The notes under the pieces were generated by a model. It was given only the letters and a program-made list of their open reading frames with translations, was not told the DNA's origin and did no database searches. Of a stretch of 64,000 bases of DNA, positions 46,301 through 59,786 are shown in pieces. Source of the stretch: Aplysia californica (taxonomy: Eukaryota); contig NW_004797517.1 in the NCBI RefSeq assembly GCF_000002075.1, positions 17,737 to 81,736 of the forward strand, read 5' to 3'. Position 1 is the first letter of the stretch, and each line of letters begins with the position of its first letter. The position numbers were made by a program, and so were the translations under genes.

Positions 46301-46652
46301 ACACAAGAACAAAACAAACAAGCAATCACAATGATGTGAAGTTAAAAATATAATCTGTACACAGAACAGGATTCACCATTTTTTTCATAAAGATTTATTC
46401 AAAATTGAACATTTTACTGTCATTGATATAATCACAATATCATAAACTAGGATGAAAGTTGTATGTATACATTCATCCTCTCAGTATTTTTCAAACAGCC
46501 TGCAGGTCGAAATTTGGATAATATCACAAGATAAGTTGAAATAAATTCTTTACACTGTACTTCACAGCTTTGACTCAAATTATGAAATTTCATATCATGC
46601 TATCAAGTAGCATAATATACAAGGCAGGTTCATATTCTTCTTTAATTTATTA

Positions 46653-47438
46653 CAGTGGAACTCAGTTTCAACGAACTCGGATTCGACAAAAGGAGTTGTA
46701 TTCCCCGATTTTTGTATTCATAAAAATCAATAAAAATAACTCGGATTCAACAAACACATAAATGAGCAAGCTCGGATTCAACGTAGTCACTTGCAGGATG
46801 AATTGCTCTATGCGACCAACCAGCAGCCTCCTTTTATACCAACACACACTTTGTTATCACGCACCCATGTCTTAGCATACATTGGGGTCGGATGGGCACA
46901 CATTTGGCATGTGACTGTGTGTGTGTGTCTCGGGAGATTTGGTACAAACAGCCCGGGCATGGAACGTCACTAGATACAAACGCGCCACAGTTATTTTGTT
47001 CCCTGGCTACTTATCAAGATTACAATGATACGCTAATCTTGACATAGCTCTAGGTAATGAATTGCGGGCTGGACTGTGGAATCAAACTTTGCCATATGCT
47101 AGGCTCTTCACAGAAACATAACTTGATCGGAAAACAATATGTCATAGATGATAGATGACACAGGTTTGAACATATCGGCCCTTTTGCACAGGGTGCGCTT
47201 GATAGAGTTCAGTGTATTTCCCTGGAATTTTAATGCAATTTTTGTGTATCAAAAAAACGAAATGACTCTCATTTGAAACCAAACTACTTTTGATTGACAA
47301 AGTCGAATACATTATACATTACTTGCTCAGTGTCTGTAATTATTTACACCAAAAAAAACATATTTGTCCTTATGAACACTCAGATTCAACGAAATTGAAG
47401 GTCAGGCCCGGCGACTTCGATGAATCCGAGTTCCACTA
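46653..47438. mobile_element. Tigger/pogo-like MITE
   Basis: TA-CAGTGGAACTC ... GAGTTCCACTA-TA; AACTCGGATTC subterminal repeats. Confidence 0.85.
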
Positions 47439-47559
47439 TATTACACCCAAGTAAAAGATCTTCTAGCAGGGAATTATACAAAGATGGACCAATTTTAAAA
47501 AATGAAAATTTTGGTATGCCTGAAAGATCTGTGAGAGCATAGAAACATGAGAGAATATA

Positions 47560-48141
47560 CAGTGGAGTCTGCTTTAAACCAAACATGGGTATTCCAAAGA
47601 CAGTGAACAAAAAGAAGGTATAGAGTCCACTTCTTTTTCTCCTTTCTGTAAGTACTGACAAGTCAAAATGCTATTTCTAAACTAAAATAGATTTCAAGGG
47701 GCTATGTTGTAGAATCTTCACTAGCATCCATCAAGTAATGCAAAGGTGGGAAAGGGTATCGATGTGCTAAGCCAGCCGGTCAGTTCTACAAACCACAGCC
47801 GCCCCTGACATTACCGGTCCTGGCATTTGGCTTTCTTAGCCTACTTCTCTGTAGCCTTGTGTAGAGCACAGTACAGTGTGCTGATCTACTATTTCAGCTA
47901 TTCTGTGTGACTTTTCAGCTGACAATGTCGAAGAGAAAGCACAATGCACAAAGCCTTCATCTCAGATTGCAGCTACTAGAGGTATGAAATAAAAACTTTC
48001 AAAATAAATATGCTGCAGGCATAGCATTCCCAACTTCATGCTTTTGACAATCATAAGCTATTACGAGCTACATCAGTAAGCTGGGCTAAACTAAAGAAAA
48101 CCCGGTGGTCTCCCAGATTTTAGATTAAGCAAACTCCACCG
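47560..48141 (+). mobile_element. Tigger/pogo-like deletion derivative
   Basis: TA-CAGTGGAGTCTGCTT ... AAGCAAACTCCACCG-TA; remnant MSKRKHNAQSLHLRLQLLE. Confidence 0.75.
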
Positions 48142-48194
48142 TATTGCACTATTGGACAGACTGGTTGTTCAGTAGGTTTTAATATAATATTATG

Positions 48195-48200
48195 TTTATT
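48195..48200 (-). terminator. Candidate proximal poly(A) signal of SPEF2
   Basis: TTTATT on + (AATAAA on -) about 70 nt past the stop; alternatives near 46394 and 44944. Confidence 0.4.
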
Positions 48201-48269
48201 CTTGGGGCATTTTTGAGAATATCGAAATTGTTTTTATTTGCTGCTGTATAGTGCTGCTGTCTCTTCATC

Positions 48270-48341
48270 TCAGTCCATGGTCTTTAGACTTGTGACCTCT
48301 GCGATATCAGCTGACGATCCAGCCAACAATGACTTTATGTC
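48270..48341 (-). CDS. SPEF2: SPEF2 last coding exon (DIKSLLAGSSADIAEVTSLKTMD*)
   Basis: TTTTGCAG acceptor; TGA stop at 48272-48270. Confidence 0.85.
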   Translation of the reverse strand, partial: DIKSLLAGSSADIAEVTSLKTMD

Positions 48342-49855
48342 CTGCAAAATGAAAGTTTAAAAAAATGTCTATAGTATTACACAAAGAGTGGGTATTAAAT
48401 GTACATGTTTAAGCTATATAAATATATATATATAGTAGTCTTCATACAGAAATGGAATAATAATTCACTAGTGCAAAGCATCTGTTTACTTCACCAAAAT
48501 GTTCCAAACCAGTTGTTCAAAACTACGCACAACAATTAAAAATGATTTCTTTTTAACTCCACTATTGTCACGTGTTGTTGTTGTTGCTATTGTTATCGAT
48601 AGGCCTACAGATTATTTGATGTGATGCAAACGTCAGCGTCTCAGGGTCTGAAGATTTCAAGCTTTTGTCTCTGAAGAGTTGTAATGCTTCTGGGGTTGTT
48701 GTTTTTTTTGTTTTTTTGTTACAAAGAAAGGTGGGGAGGGATGTGTTGGTTGACTTTTTTGGTTTCTTTTCTGTTTTGTAGCAGATAGTGACTAGATTTA
48801 TATCATGAATTCATGGATGTGATACATGATTGCTTTTTGTTTAAGTCATGTATTTGGTGTCCATGCTTCTACTAATTTCCTGTTTGGGTGGTTGGGACAC
48901 AATCTTCAAGGAGCTCAAAAACTGCTTTATCTCTATGGATTATCAGAGGTTCCACATTTGAAAGGATTTCGCATGAAGCAGGATGCGTGGATCTCATGTC
49001 ACCCTTTATGAACTGAAAGGCATTATTTTTTACTTTGTTTAGGGTGTAGCAAGTGGTTGTACTGCACATAGTGAGAGACTATTGGTACTGTATTCCATAG
49101 AAGATCAGATGTAACCAATGTAGAGAGCTCTCAGAGTTTGTTTGTCTGATCCCCATGAACTGCTTGCAAGTTTCTTTACAAGTTGAAGTGTCCTTTTCGC
49201 CTTGTTTTTTATGCTCCCCAGTCCACTTGCCTTTCCATGGTTAGACTTGTTTGTTTTAGTAGAGGTTTTACGGCGCTCGCAACTGCATAAGGTCATATGA
49301 GCGCCAAATTCGACTCCTAGAGATAGGTTGGCTGTTCTTCTTTGAGGAGGTAACAACATTGATTTTATCAAAATAAGATTACTGTAATGCAATTTTATCC
49401 GGTTTGACGACCGAAAAACTATCAAAGTTACAAGTACTCCAAAATCAATCAGCAATATTGATAATCAAACAAAATCAATCAGCGCATGTTACACTAATTC
49501 AGAAAGAACTACATTGGCTGCTAGTAAAAGAAAGGATCAAATACAAAACTGTTGTTTTCCGTTTTAAATGTATAAACGATACTGAGCCTTCTTTATCTTA
49601 AAAAATTCCTGGAATTATATCACCCTTATATCATCCACCCAGAGCCCTTAGATCAGCCTCTGAAACCTAATTCTTAAAACTCTAAAACAAAATTACAAAC
49701 CATACCGTGAGTGCTCCTCTTTGACTTCGGTCCCCAGGTATGGAACGAACTCCCATATAAAATAAGAGGTGCCCCAACAATTTACATTTTCAAAAAGCTG
49801 CTGAAGCATTTCTTATTCACAAATAAATACATACCTATCATAATGATGAAATGTG

Positions 49856-49920
<65 letters not shown>

Positions 49921-52900
49921 TATGCCAGACTGTGNNNNNNNNNNNNNNNNNNNNNNNNNNNNNNNNNNNNNNNNNNNNNNNNNNNNNNNNNNNNNNNNNN
50001 NNNNNNNNNNNNNNNNNNNNNNNNNNNNNNNNNNNNNNNNNNNNNNNNNNNNNNNNNNNNNNNNNNTATTTATAGAGAATGAATGTTTTAATAAATATAT
50101 TTCTAGTTGTTCAAGTTTCAATCTTATTGTGACCCAGAATTTTTATTGCATTCTATATTTTTTAGTGAACATATTGAAAAGCTCATGGCGAGACTGTTCT
50201 TCTCATAGAAATTTTTATAATTATATATATCATAATACTGTGTTTTACGTACACACATGTAGATTGATTTTTAAGATGTGATGTCTTTTTCGACGAAATG
50301 CGCATTGAGCTTTTTTTAGAAAATGGAAACGCGCAGCAAAAATGCTATTTATTATTACTATTATTTCATTACCAATCATGTTATAGTTGGCCGTCTAAGG
50401 CTCTTTCTAAAGATGGGGCATACTGTTTAGGCGCAATTTATTTTAAGCTTACATTTCTGACAGTAATTGTGTAGCCTCTTGAGGTCTTCATTTGATTTCC
50501 CTACTCCTACCACTGTGCTGTGATGTGTCTGCCAGAGAGCAAGATCATCAGCATAGAGAGTCTTTGGATTTTACCACTTTCGTCACGCACATCACGCACA
50601 TCATTGAAGAAGATCAGGAACAAAGGGCAGTTCATATAGGTATAGGCCTTCCTCAGGTAATTCTTTCAACTTGAGGGCATTGTTTAACTTGGTTTCCATG
50701 TTTTGATCTGCAAGGATAAACTCAACTTGATCCAATTATAAATTTTGCCATGTATATTGAGGTCCATCATTTTCATGGGCAGGATTTTTCTCCAAACTCT
50801 GTCTTACACCAGTTGGAGGTCTACAAAGATGGCGACAGTGTGTTTTGTCTCCTGGAAGCTATCCTGGATATATCTTGAGCTAGTTTGAAAACCTGGTCTT
50901 TGGCATTGTTACCTTTTCTAAAGCCTGCTTGGTGTGGATTCAAGCTGGTGGTGCTCTCCAGGTACCAGTAGAAGCTGTTGTTTACCACTCTTCCAGCAAG
51001 CTTACTGATGCATGATGTTAGTGAAATAGATTGGAAGCTCTCTGCTTCTCCTGAGGTGGTTTCTCATTTTTCAGTAGTGACATTAATTGGGCAATTCTCC
51101 ATGCTTTTGGTATACCGCTTGTTTTACACGTTGTATTTATTTGGTGACGTAGAACTTCTGTTCCTTTAGAGCCAAGGTTGCAAAGGACTTCAGAGCATAT
51201 TTCATCCATCATTCAATTTAATTTCTTACACTGAGTTGTTTACAGAAGGGGCTTTTTCTTTGTGCTTTGTCTTATTTTTATGAGAGATCTGTTGGTCTCA
51301 GTTAGTCTGCTTGCTCTGTTTACTTACTGAGACAAAGTACTGGTTGAAATGTTTTGTTTTCTTCTTACTTTTTCTGTGAAGGTGTGGCCTATAATATGGA
51401 ATTATCACTTGTACACAGATTGAGGTGAATTCCCCATTTTGATTTGTGTATTTAAAGTGAAACTTGAAGGTTGTGGATACAAATATAAACCCAAAGGAGT
51501 ATCCAATAATTCTGAAATCTCAATATATTGCCAGTCAAGATCTGTTTCAGTTTAGCTAGTGCTTCTTTACAGAGCTGCTCATCCTGGAGTACTTACCACT
51601 CACCACAAAATTTATTTCACCTTTCCATTAAATTTTGGTAAAAATGTCTAATGGAAGTTTTACCTTTCTTGTCCTATTCACAGTGAAAATACACGTACTG
51701 TCAAGTCAAACCCCTTTTAACCACCAACCTTGGAAAGAAGGTGCTAAAGCAGGTCTGGCGATATAACAGTGTTTTTATGCTGTCCTCTGTTGAATACCAC
51801 CAGCTGGCCATGACTTGATGAAGGACAATATTATAATGAGCAATTTCCCTTCGTCCTAAACTGAAGAGATGGTATTCAGGCTTTTTGCATCAGAAAATCA
51901 CTAACTTGTGAAGCTGTTTATGGAAGAAAGGGAGAGTATCACTGCATGCCTACTGAGTGGGCTCCCTGCACCATGTGTAGAGTGTATTCTTGTAGCCAGT
52001 TCATTGGCAGTGTTAAAAGGCAAATTTACATTAGTTGTAAGGACTGCACAACTTAGGCAGTTGGCTGATAGCAGTTTAGAGTTTAAAGGGGCAAATAGTA
52101 TGTTTAATAAACATATATATTAAACTTTATGCTGGCGTTGCTTTTTGTGCATTGGCAAAATCAGGCTGTAATTGGGACTGGTGGTATAACAGAAGGGTTT
52201 GACTGTATCTCTTCATTTATTCCAATTAAGAATTCATTCACCAGAGTAAGAAGCATACTGTGTTGAGCAACAACTTACCAAAGCCTTGAAATGTTTACAG
52301 GCCACAACAACGTCTTGAATCAGTGGATGGTCTATCAAGATCTTGTATGGGATGGGTGAAGTAGTGTCATCATCATTTAGTTCTTTAAACACTGCAGTCA
52401 GTCTATCCTGTATTCACAAAGAAATTACAGTAAGCAAAACATTATTGTAAGAACTTAAATAAGGTAGACTAGCGCAGCTATTCCTTGTCCACAATAACAA
52501 TGATCCTTCTTAAATGTATTTTAAAAGCAATTGTGTTCATGGGTAGCATTTTAAAATAGTAACTTTACAGCAAGTAGATCAGTTATGATGCTACACTGTA
52601 AATGAGGATAACCTGTAGCATGAGATTGCATTCTTGACTACGATAGGTTGACTGAGGAATTTTCATAGCTTTCCACCTATTTGATTTAGAGATGGAGGCT
52701 AAATCTCATGTCTTTACTGCATTGAAAAGGATATGTGTATGTCTATGCAGGCTAGATTGACATGCATGGTATCCCACAGTGAACCAAGAAAACTTGAAGG
52801 GCTGGTCATGATGTTCTGAATTCGATAACCCAGTGTGTCTCTGGTCACTTTGTTGTGTGTTCAGGATGTTGTTGTGCTTTGGTTATTTACAAAATCACCC

Positions 52901-55900
52901 TATTCTATTCTCAATAATTATTAATAAGGAATTATTTGGATTTTCAATGAAAATATGTCTTATTAACGTGCATTTTTAGCTGTCAAGTTACTCTAAACAG
53001 AAACTACTGAAACAAAAATGCTTTGGTAAAGTTGAAACAAATACTATCAGGATTACTTATCGACAACATTGTTTTCAGTCCATTTTGTGTCGCTACCAAG
53101 TTTGGTAGTTTAAATTTATACCATATAAGTTCATCAAGAAAATAGTTTTATCAGAAATAATACCCCACCTAAGTTATTACATCTATAGATTGACTAAAAA
53201 TGAAAGTACATGAAATTGTTAATATTGTCTGTATTTCAAGTAAGATAGAATAATACATGTACACCCCCCTCCCCCTGAAGAAAGTTATAACACACACACA
53301 GTCACACACACACATACGCTAGCGCGCGCGCACACACACACACACATAATGTAACAGAAAGAAAAAGCAGTACTCTGTGCGAGACACAAGTCACATGTAC
53401 CACAACCAGTCAGGTGTTAGGTGTAATACACAGTAATACTGCACATATGGGCACGGATATCTCAAACATGCCGAGGATTGACAAATGTGGTCAACACATC
53501 CATTATTTGGGTAAACCAATTGAATAAAAAGTAGAGAGAAATATTTTTAAAAATCAAAGAAAGCCAGTGACAGTAAAATGGTTGACGAATAAATCATTGT
53601 ATCGGTAAAAGATTAACTGTAGCAGATTTGCTACACAGAGCTGTTTCAGTTATAAGGCCCTGTCTCTTTGAATGTGTCCAAACACCCAATGCTGAATGCC
53701 TAGTTTCTTTGTGATTTCATTTGCTTTTGTCATCAGGATGGGACCAAAGATAGACAGAGACATGACATGTGTTTGTTGGAAGCCAGCTCAGTGTTCCCAA
53801 ATTTGGCAAAGTGTGTTTGCTTTCTGACAACTTTACGTCAAATCTTTTACAAATTTACGACATTGTGCAGGTCTTCTTGTCAGGTCTTCTCTGCTAAAAT
53901 CTGATGCTTGGTTTCTATCGTCAGACAATTAAGTTTTCTTCTCGTTGTCATTGTGAAAAGTGCCTGCTAAAAATAAAAGGACAGAAGGATAGATAGCGCC
54001 TGCACCTTATTCAGTGTCAACACAAAAGAAAAGAAGAGAGTGTTGTTGATGAGCCTTGCGACAAAAAAATGAAACGACATTTACATTGAATCATGATCAT
54101 GACAACGTAACCACAACACCGGTCAGAGCATGCCAACCAGTCCTTTAGTGTAATCTGCGTAATCACTTCCTGATCCACACCTTTACGTTCAAACAACCAT
54201 ACACATATATACAGACACATGAACGCAAACACAATTCACACATCATATGGCCCAATGCAGACTTACATTGTCTGTCTTCGATCACAACCCACCATCCAGC
54301 ACATGACTATAGTCAAGGCAACTGTAGTGCCTTCTACAGATATTGTGCGATGATGTGTATCATGCTGCATGGGGTTGAACCTGGTGGGCTCATGTAACCT
54401 GATACTTTCAGTATCGATTAGTGTGATATTTTCCACTTAGCAGACAGGGCGATTTGAATTCAAGACAACTGAGAGGAAAAAATTTGATTAGGTTTTTCGA
54501 GATGCACTGTTTGAAAACCTGTTCTTGTGTTTCAGAAAACAGTGTTGCCCAAACACTGGAAATATTGCCATTCAATTGTGAAATGGCATATTGTACGAAC
54601 TATTTGTGATTTTGAGATTTGAGGGTCCATGTTATTTGTACTTGACTCTATAACTATATCATATCAGCCATTAGAGAAAGAGGGCAGATGGATGGAGGAT
54701 GCCACTGGTGGGGCCTGCGTTTCTTTCCCTTGTTTTTTCTAACGTGCCTTTCTTTGCACTAAATGATAAATGACCCTTATCATTTTGATGTGTTTCTCCA
54801 TACTCAAACCAACCTCAAACTTAGAGGAAGAGAAATTTCAGCAAGTCTCTTGAGACCAAACAACTTACTGTGGACGTCTGGTCCTCTGGATCTGCCATGA
54901 CACTGAATCTATGACTGTCACCCTTGGTGATCTCTCCATGATGCAACACCTAAAGGAAAAGTAGAATCATTAAGGAGTACAGAGCTGTCTCTATCAACAT
55001 TCTGTTATTTTTCTTTATTTACTATTTAACTATGCATAGTATTTCATTTGAAAAAGTTAAAGTTAAACAGTTGTATGCATATCAACTACACATATTTAAT
55101 TCATAGCCATTTCCATAGTTCGGAGCTGAGAGTATCACAGTCTGCTTTTGTTATTGTTAGTTTTGTGGATTTTATAAAAATATGTTGTTTTGAATATATT
55201 GCTGCTTGAATGTTTTCATATATTTAAGAAAAGCTATCCTTGGATTAGACATAATTTACAAGACTGGAAATTCATGAGAATATTACCTTAAACAGTGCTT
55301 CGACAGAAACAAGAGCATCATCTGCCGAAGAAGGAATCACTTCTTCTGACATTGGAGGTTCAGAATGAGTTTTTTCATCATCCTTGAAATCTGTTCCCTC
55401 TTGGATGATGCTGCAGCACAAAGAAATATAGCTTCAACTCAAATCATCATATTATCATCGACTTAGTTGTGCCATTTATGTTTTTCTGTTACAACATAAA
55501 AACAGATCATTGCATTTTCATTTTACAAAACAATAGGTATAGTACTACCAATCAAATAAGCAGGCCAGTTACATTTTGGCATAACTCTGAGTTATACAGT
55601 TATACACAAGGTTCAACCCCTGAGTTAACACGGATAGGTCGAACAAAGAAGACTCGAAATCATGCATCCATCGAACTTTCCTGTGGTCCAGTTTTTTCTT
55701 CTTCTTTATCTTTGTAAGATAGCCCTCGAACTACGAACTAGGGATTCCTCGAACTACTGAGGCCGGTCCCAACGAATATGAGCTCTCAGTGTTATACTGC
55801 ATTTTAAATGTTACATTGGGTAAACTAATGAGCACCTAGAGTCTCATATGTCAAAATATAGAGCATCTTGCTTTCATTTTGATAATGTTCAAATGTTCAA

Positions 55901-58900
55901 ACAACCATTCTTTGAATTCAAAAGGAGTGTAATAGAGAGACTAATTTAAGATGGTAAATTAGGTCTCCTATTCAAAAGGAAGTACTAAAATTTTGAATTG
56001 GGTCCTCATACCCAATCCATCGCGTCCCCAGGTGGTGGATAGGGGAAAGGCTCCAGACATGGAGGCTAGCTGCTAAGCAGTCGCAAACCAAATGATGGGA
56101 GATGGTCATGGGCAGTAGAGGAGAACCTTAATGGCACAGGTGCTTCAATAAATACCTCATACACTCAAAGAAGGGACCATCTTGGCGACAGGAGGCATCA
56201 TAAATTCTACCAAAGCCCCCACTGCCTTGTGGGTTGTCAGTGGATGACAAAGGCTAGCAGAGAAAACTGTACACAAACTGGCAGTAGGCAACGAGAAACT
56301 ACTGCTGTAATCTCCCAAGAACAATGATGGAAAAGTACCAAAAACAAAGAAGTAAGTGGGATAAAAGGATGCTTAAATACAGGATGCATAAGATCAAAAG
56401 GAGGACATATGGACAATGGGGATGTCTTAACTTAAACAGATGGTCAAAATACATAGATCTAGAAGAACTTTTCAAAGATAATCGAGGAGAAAAACTTGTA
56501 ATAAAATGGATCACCAATACTGAAAGCAAAAGTACAAGCTACCATTAAGAAAATGAAAGAAGGAAAAGCCACAAGGCCAGTAATATTCAAGTTGAAGTGA
56601 TTGTTGCGCTTGAAGAAGTGGGCACTGAAATAACAACAAAGCTCCTAAATTCTATTTATGACATCGGTGAGATCCCAGAAGATACAATGAAGTCAGTTTT
56701 TATAGCTTAACCTGAATGGAGAACCATGACTGCTGATGTCCGCTGCAGATCTGACATTAGATGATGATGATTCAAAGCAGGCTTATGCTGTTGCCAAAAT
56801 TTTGCTGTTCGTTTTTTTTGTGGCTAGTTTATGTTTTACTTGATTTATTGCATAAAGTAGATTCATATATATATATAATATATTATTATGTATACTGTAC
56901 AGACATACAGGGTGGGTGGTTGGCGGGTGCTCTGGTGTGGTTTGCTTCTTCTTTCCTATCGAACATCTATCGACCTTATCTCCCCTTCTTCTTTTTTATG
57001 TTTGTTACTCTCTTGTAACTCCTCTAATCGTCTGGCGCTCATATGACCTTATGCAGTTGTGAGCGCTGTAAAACAATTACTAGAAAGAACAAAAAAAAGA
57101 CATACAGGTGACCTATATTTACGTAGAATCGTGATGGTATAACAATTTATTTGAATCAAAGACAAGATTACTGATGCTTGGGTAAGGCTCTCACAAATAA
57201 TATCTTCTCAACAAATGTAATGACACCAGTTCAACCTCCATTTTACGTACAGTGTATATAAATTATCACCAACGTAGTGGGGCAGCAAGAAGATCTACTG
57301 ACCACAGTGAAGAGACGAAAATTAAAATGGTATGGGCATGTCACAAGATCCACAGGACTTGCCAACACCATCTTGCAAGGAACCGTACAAGGAAAAAGAA
57401 AGAGAGGAAGGCAGAGAAGGAGATGGGAGGACAACATTACAGAGTGGACAGGAAAGAAGATGGGTGACAATCTGAGGAAAGCAGAGGACAAAAACAGATG
57501 GCGAGAGCTCGTTTTCAGATGCAGTGGTGCTCCCATGGTTGCACCAACCACAGGATAGAATCGAAGAAGAAGAAGAAGTATATATAAATTACACAAGTTG
57601 TTCTGCCACATTTCACTGCCATATATACATATGATTATTAATACCCCAATATATGTGTCTACAGAACTATAACTTTCAACATACATGTATTCATGATCTT
57701 TGTAGGGCCTTTAGATCAAAAAGGTTATATAGAACTAGAGGACTTAGATGTGACGTCACGAGTGTCAAATTTAAAGGGTGCACCTCAATTTCGGAGAGGA
57801 ATAAACTGCCAGTCGGTGCAAAGCAACACTTTTCAATCTCGGATTAATGATACTCTGCGAAGTCTTTACATGAGCCAGATAACCTCCTAATAATTCAAAT
57901 AGGGTCTTTTACACGGTGAAAAAATATGGGTGAGTAAAATTCAGAAAAAAATGAATGAGATGGATTTTGTGATCACTTGTAAAAAATAATAAAAGAAATA
58001 CTTTTATTGAAATTGTTTGCAGTATGTCAAGATTTGGCACTGCTGACCACAACAAGGTGCTCGTATCAGCCCTCTGGAATCAGGAATGTGACTGAGAAGC
58101 TGCTAGAAGCTTCATCTGCAGCTCTAGCACACCTTCAAGGCTGGCTGAACAGAAAAGAACCACTGGTGAGATGAGAGAAGCCAACCAAGCAAAATCTACC
58201 CACCAATAAGACCGGCGTAATATTCTGTCTCATTTACAAAACCAATGCCAAACAGAAGTGCAACATGAGCAGCAGGGGTTCATGGAAGATGGGGTATTGT
58301 GTAGCCAAACACCATTGCCAATCAACGTCAATTCTAGAAAATATTGAGAACGTTTAAGATGAACGTTCATTTATCTAAGTGTTGCATTTTAAAATGTTGT
58401 AAGTAAATACCTATTTGTGCTCTTTGGGTGTGCGCACAGTATCCATACAATGAATAATTTACAGTATACATCCCAACTTACAATTAATTGCTCATTTTGA
58501 GACAATAACGAATTAGTTATTAAATAATTAACCCAGTCTTAATCCCCTTCATACTCTATGAAGACCTAAGTTTTGCATCAGTAGAAGGAGAGTGTAGACA
58601 ACAAGACATAAAAGCAATCCATTTTGTAAGTATGAAATTGTCTCTTTTCTTAACAAAATCAATTACTCACTTTGTCTTCCTCCGCCCCTTCCCCACCCAA
58701 CCGGGGAAAAACAAACATTACCGAATATAATATCAGTGTTCATTTGTAGCCCACATTTCAGTGCATTTATGTTTCCCACAATCGGTCAGCAGGTGCGGTA
58801 TTGTGTATGCGTGTATGTTATATGAATAAACAACAACAGCAAACAAAATGAAAACTTAAAATAAAACTGAACTGAGCTTCAAACTCTATGAAGACCTAGG

Positions 58901-59732
58901 CATTGCGAGGGACGCGCAGCGTGACAGTACTGTTTCTAATCCTCTCAAAAATGGCGACAAAGCGAGCTGAGTGGGCCCGCACAGCCACAGTGAGTTTACA
59001 TGGGTGACATCACAGCTGCGACCTCTAGTACTATTATAACCTCTTTGGTATAGATAGATCTAGGAGCAAATTTTTAACTTCCATTAAATGCAACATTCTG
59101 ACAAATTATGCTTTGTTACTTGTCACTGCATGCAGGAATTTTGTTCCCACTATGAAGCCCGACTTGAAGGTTAAAGCAATCCACCTCCCAAATGATATAG
59201 AATATAGCCCAGACCTTACCTGTCTACAATACTGGGTACTCTCTCTCCCAGCTGGGTGGCTAAAGAGGTCAAAGATGGCTTGCCCAAACGAGGAATGTGT
59301 TGACCACCTGTCACACTAAGTGCCCGCAAAAAGCCTTCATGGTAGTTTGGTGCAGCAGAAAAATACATCAACTGCAAAGAGCACAAAGGAAAATATTTTT
59401 TGTTTTCCCACGATCTCTCTTGTTGTGACAGTGGTTTGAAGGAGATCATAGCACCAAAGGCTCCGTTGATGTCATGTTGGACTGCAGTGCGATGATTTTT
59501 CATCAAATTCTCGGTGGGAATTTTGAGTAGGCCTACTCACAGCTCTTGTCCCACTGGCTTGGTCCTGCTGGAGATTGGGGTCAATTAAGGATTCAACTCT
59601 ATCTTTGAAAACTCTCCTGTGCTGATATCACACTTCGTTCAGCATGAAGTGCATTTTCTATCCTTTGATTTTCCAGTTGAGTGATGATTCTGCATTGCAC
59701 AGCGCTTAAGGCCTTTTAGGGATTAGGGGCTA

Positions 59733-59786
<54 letters not shown>

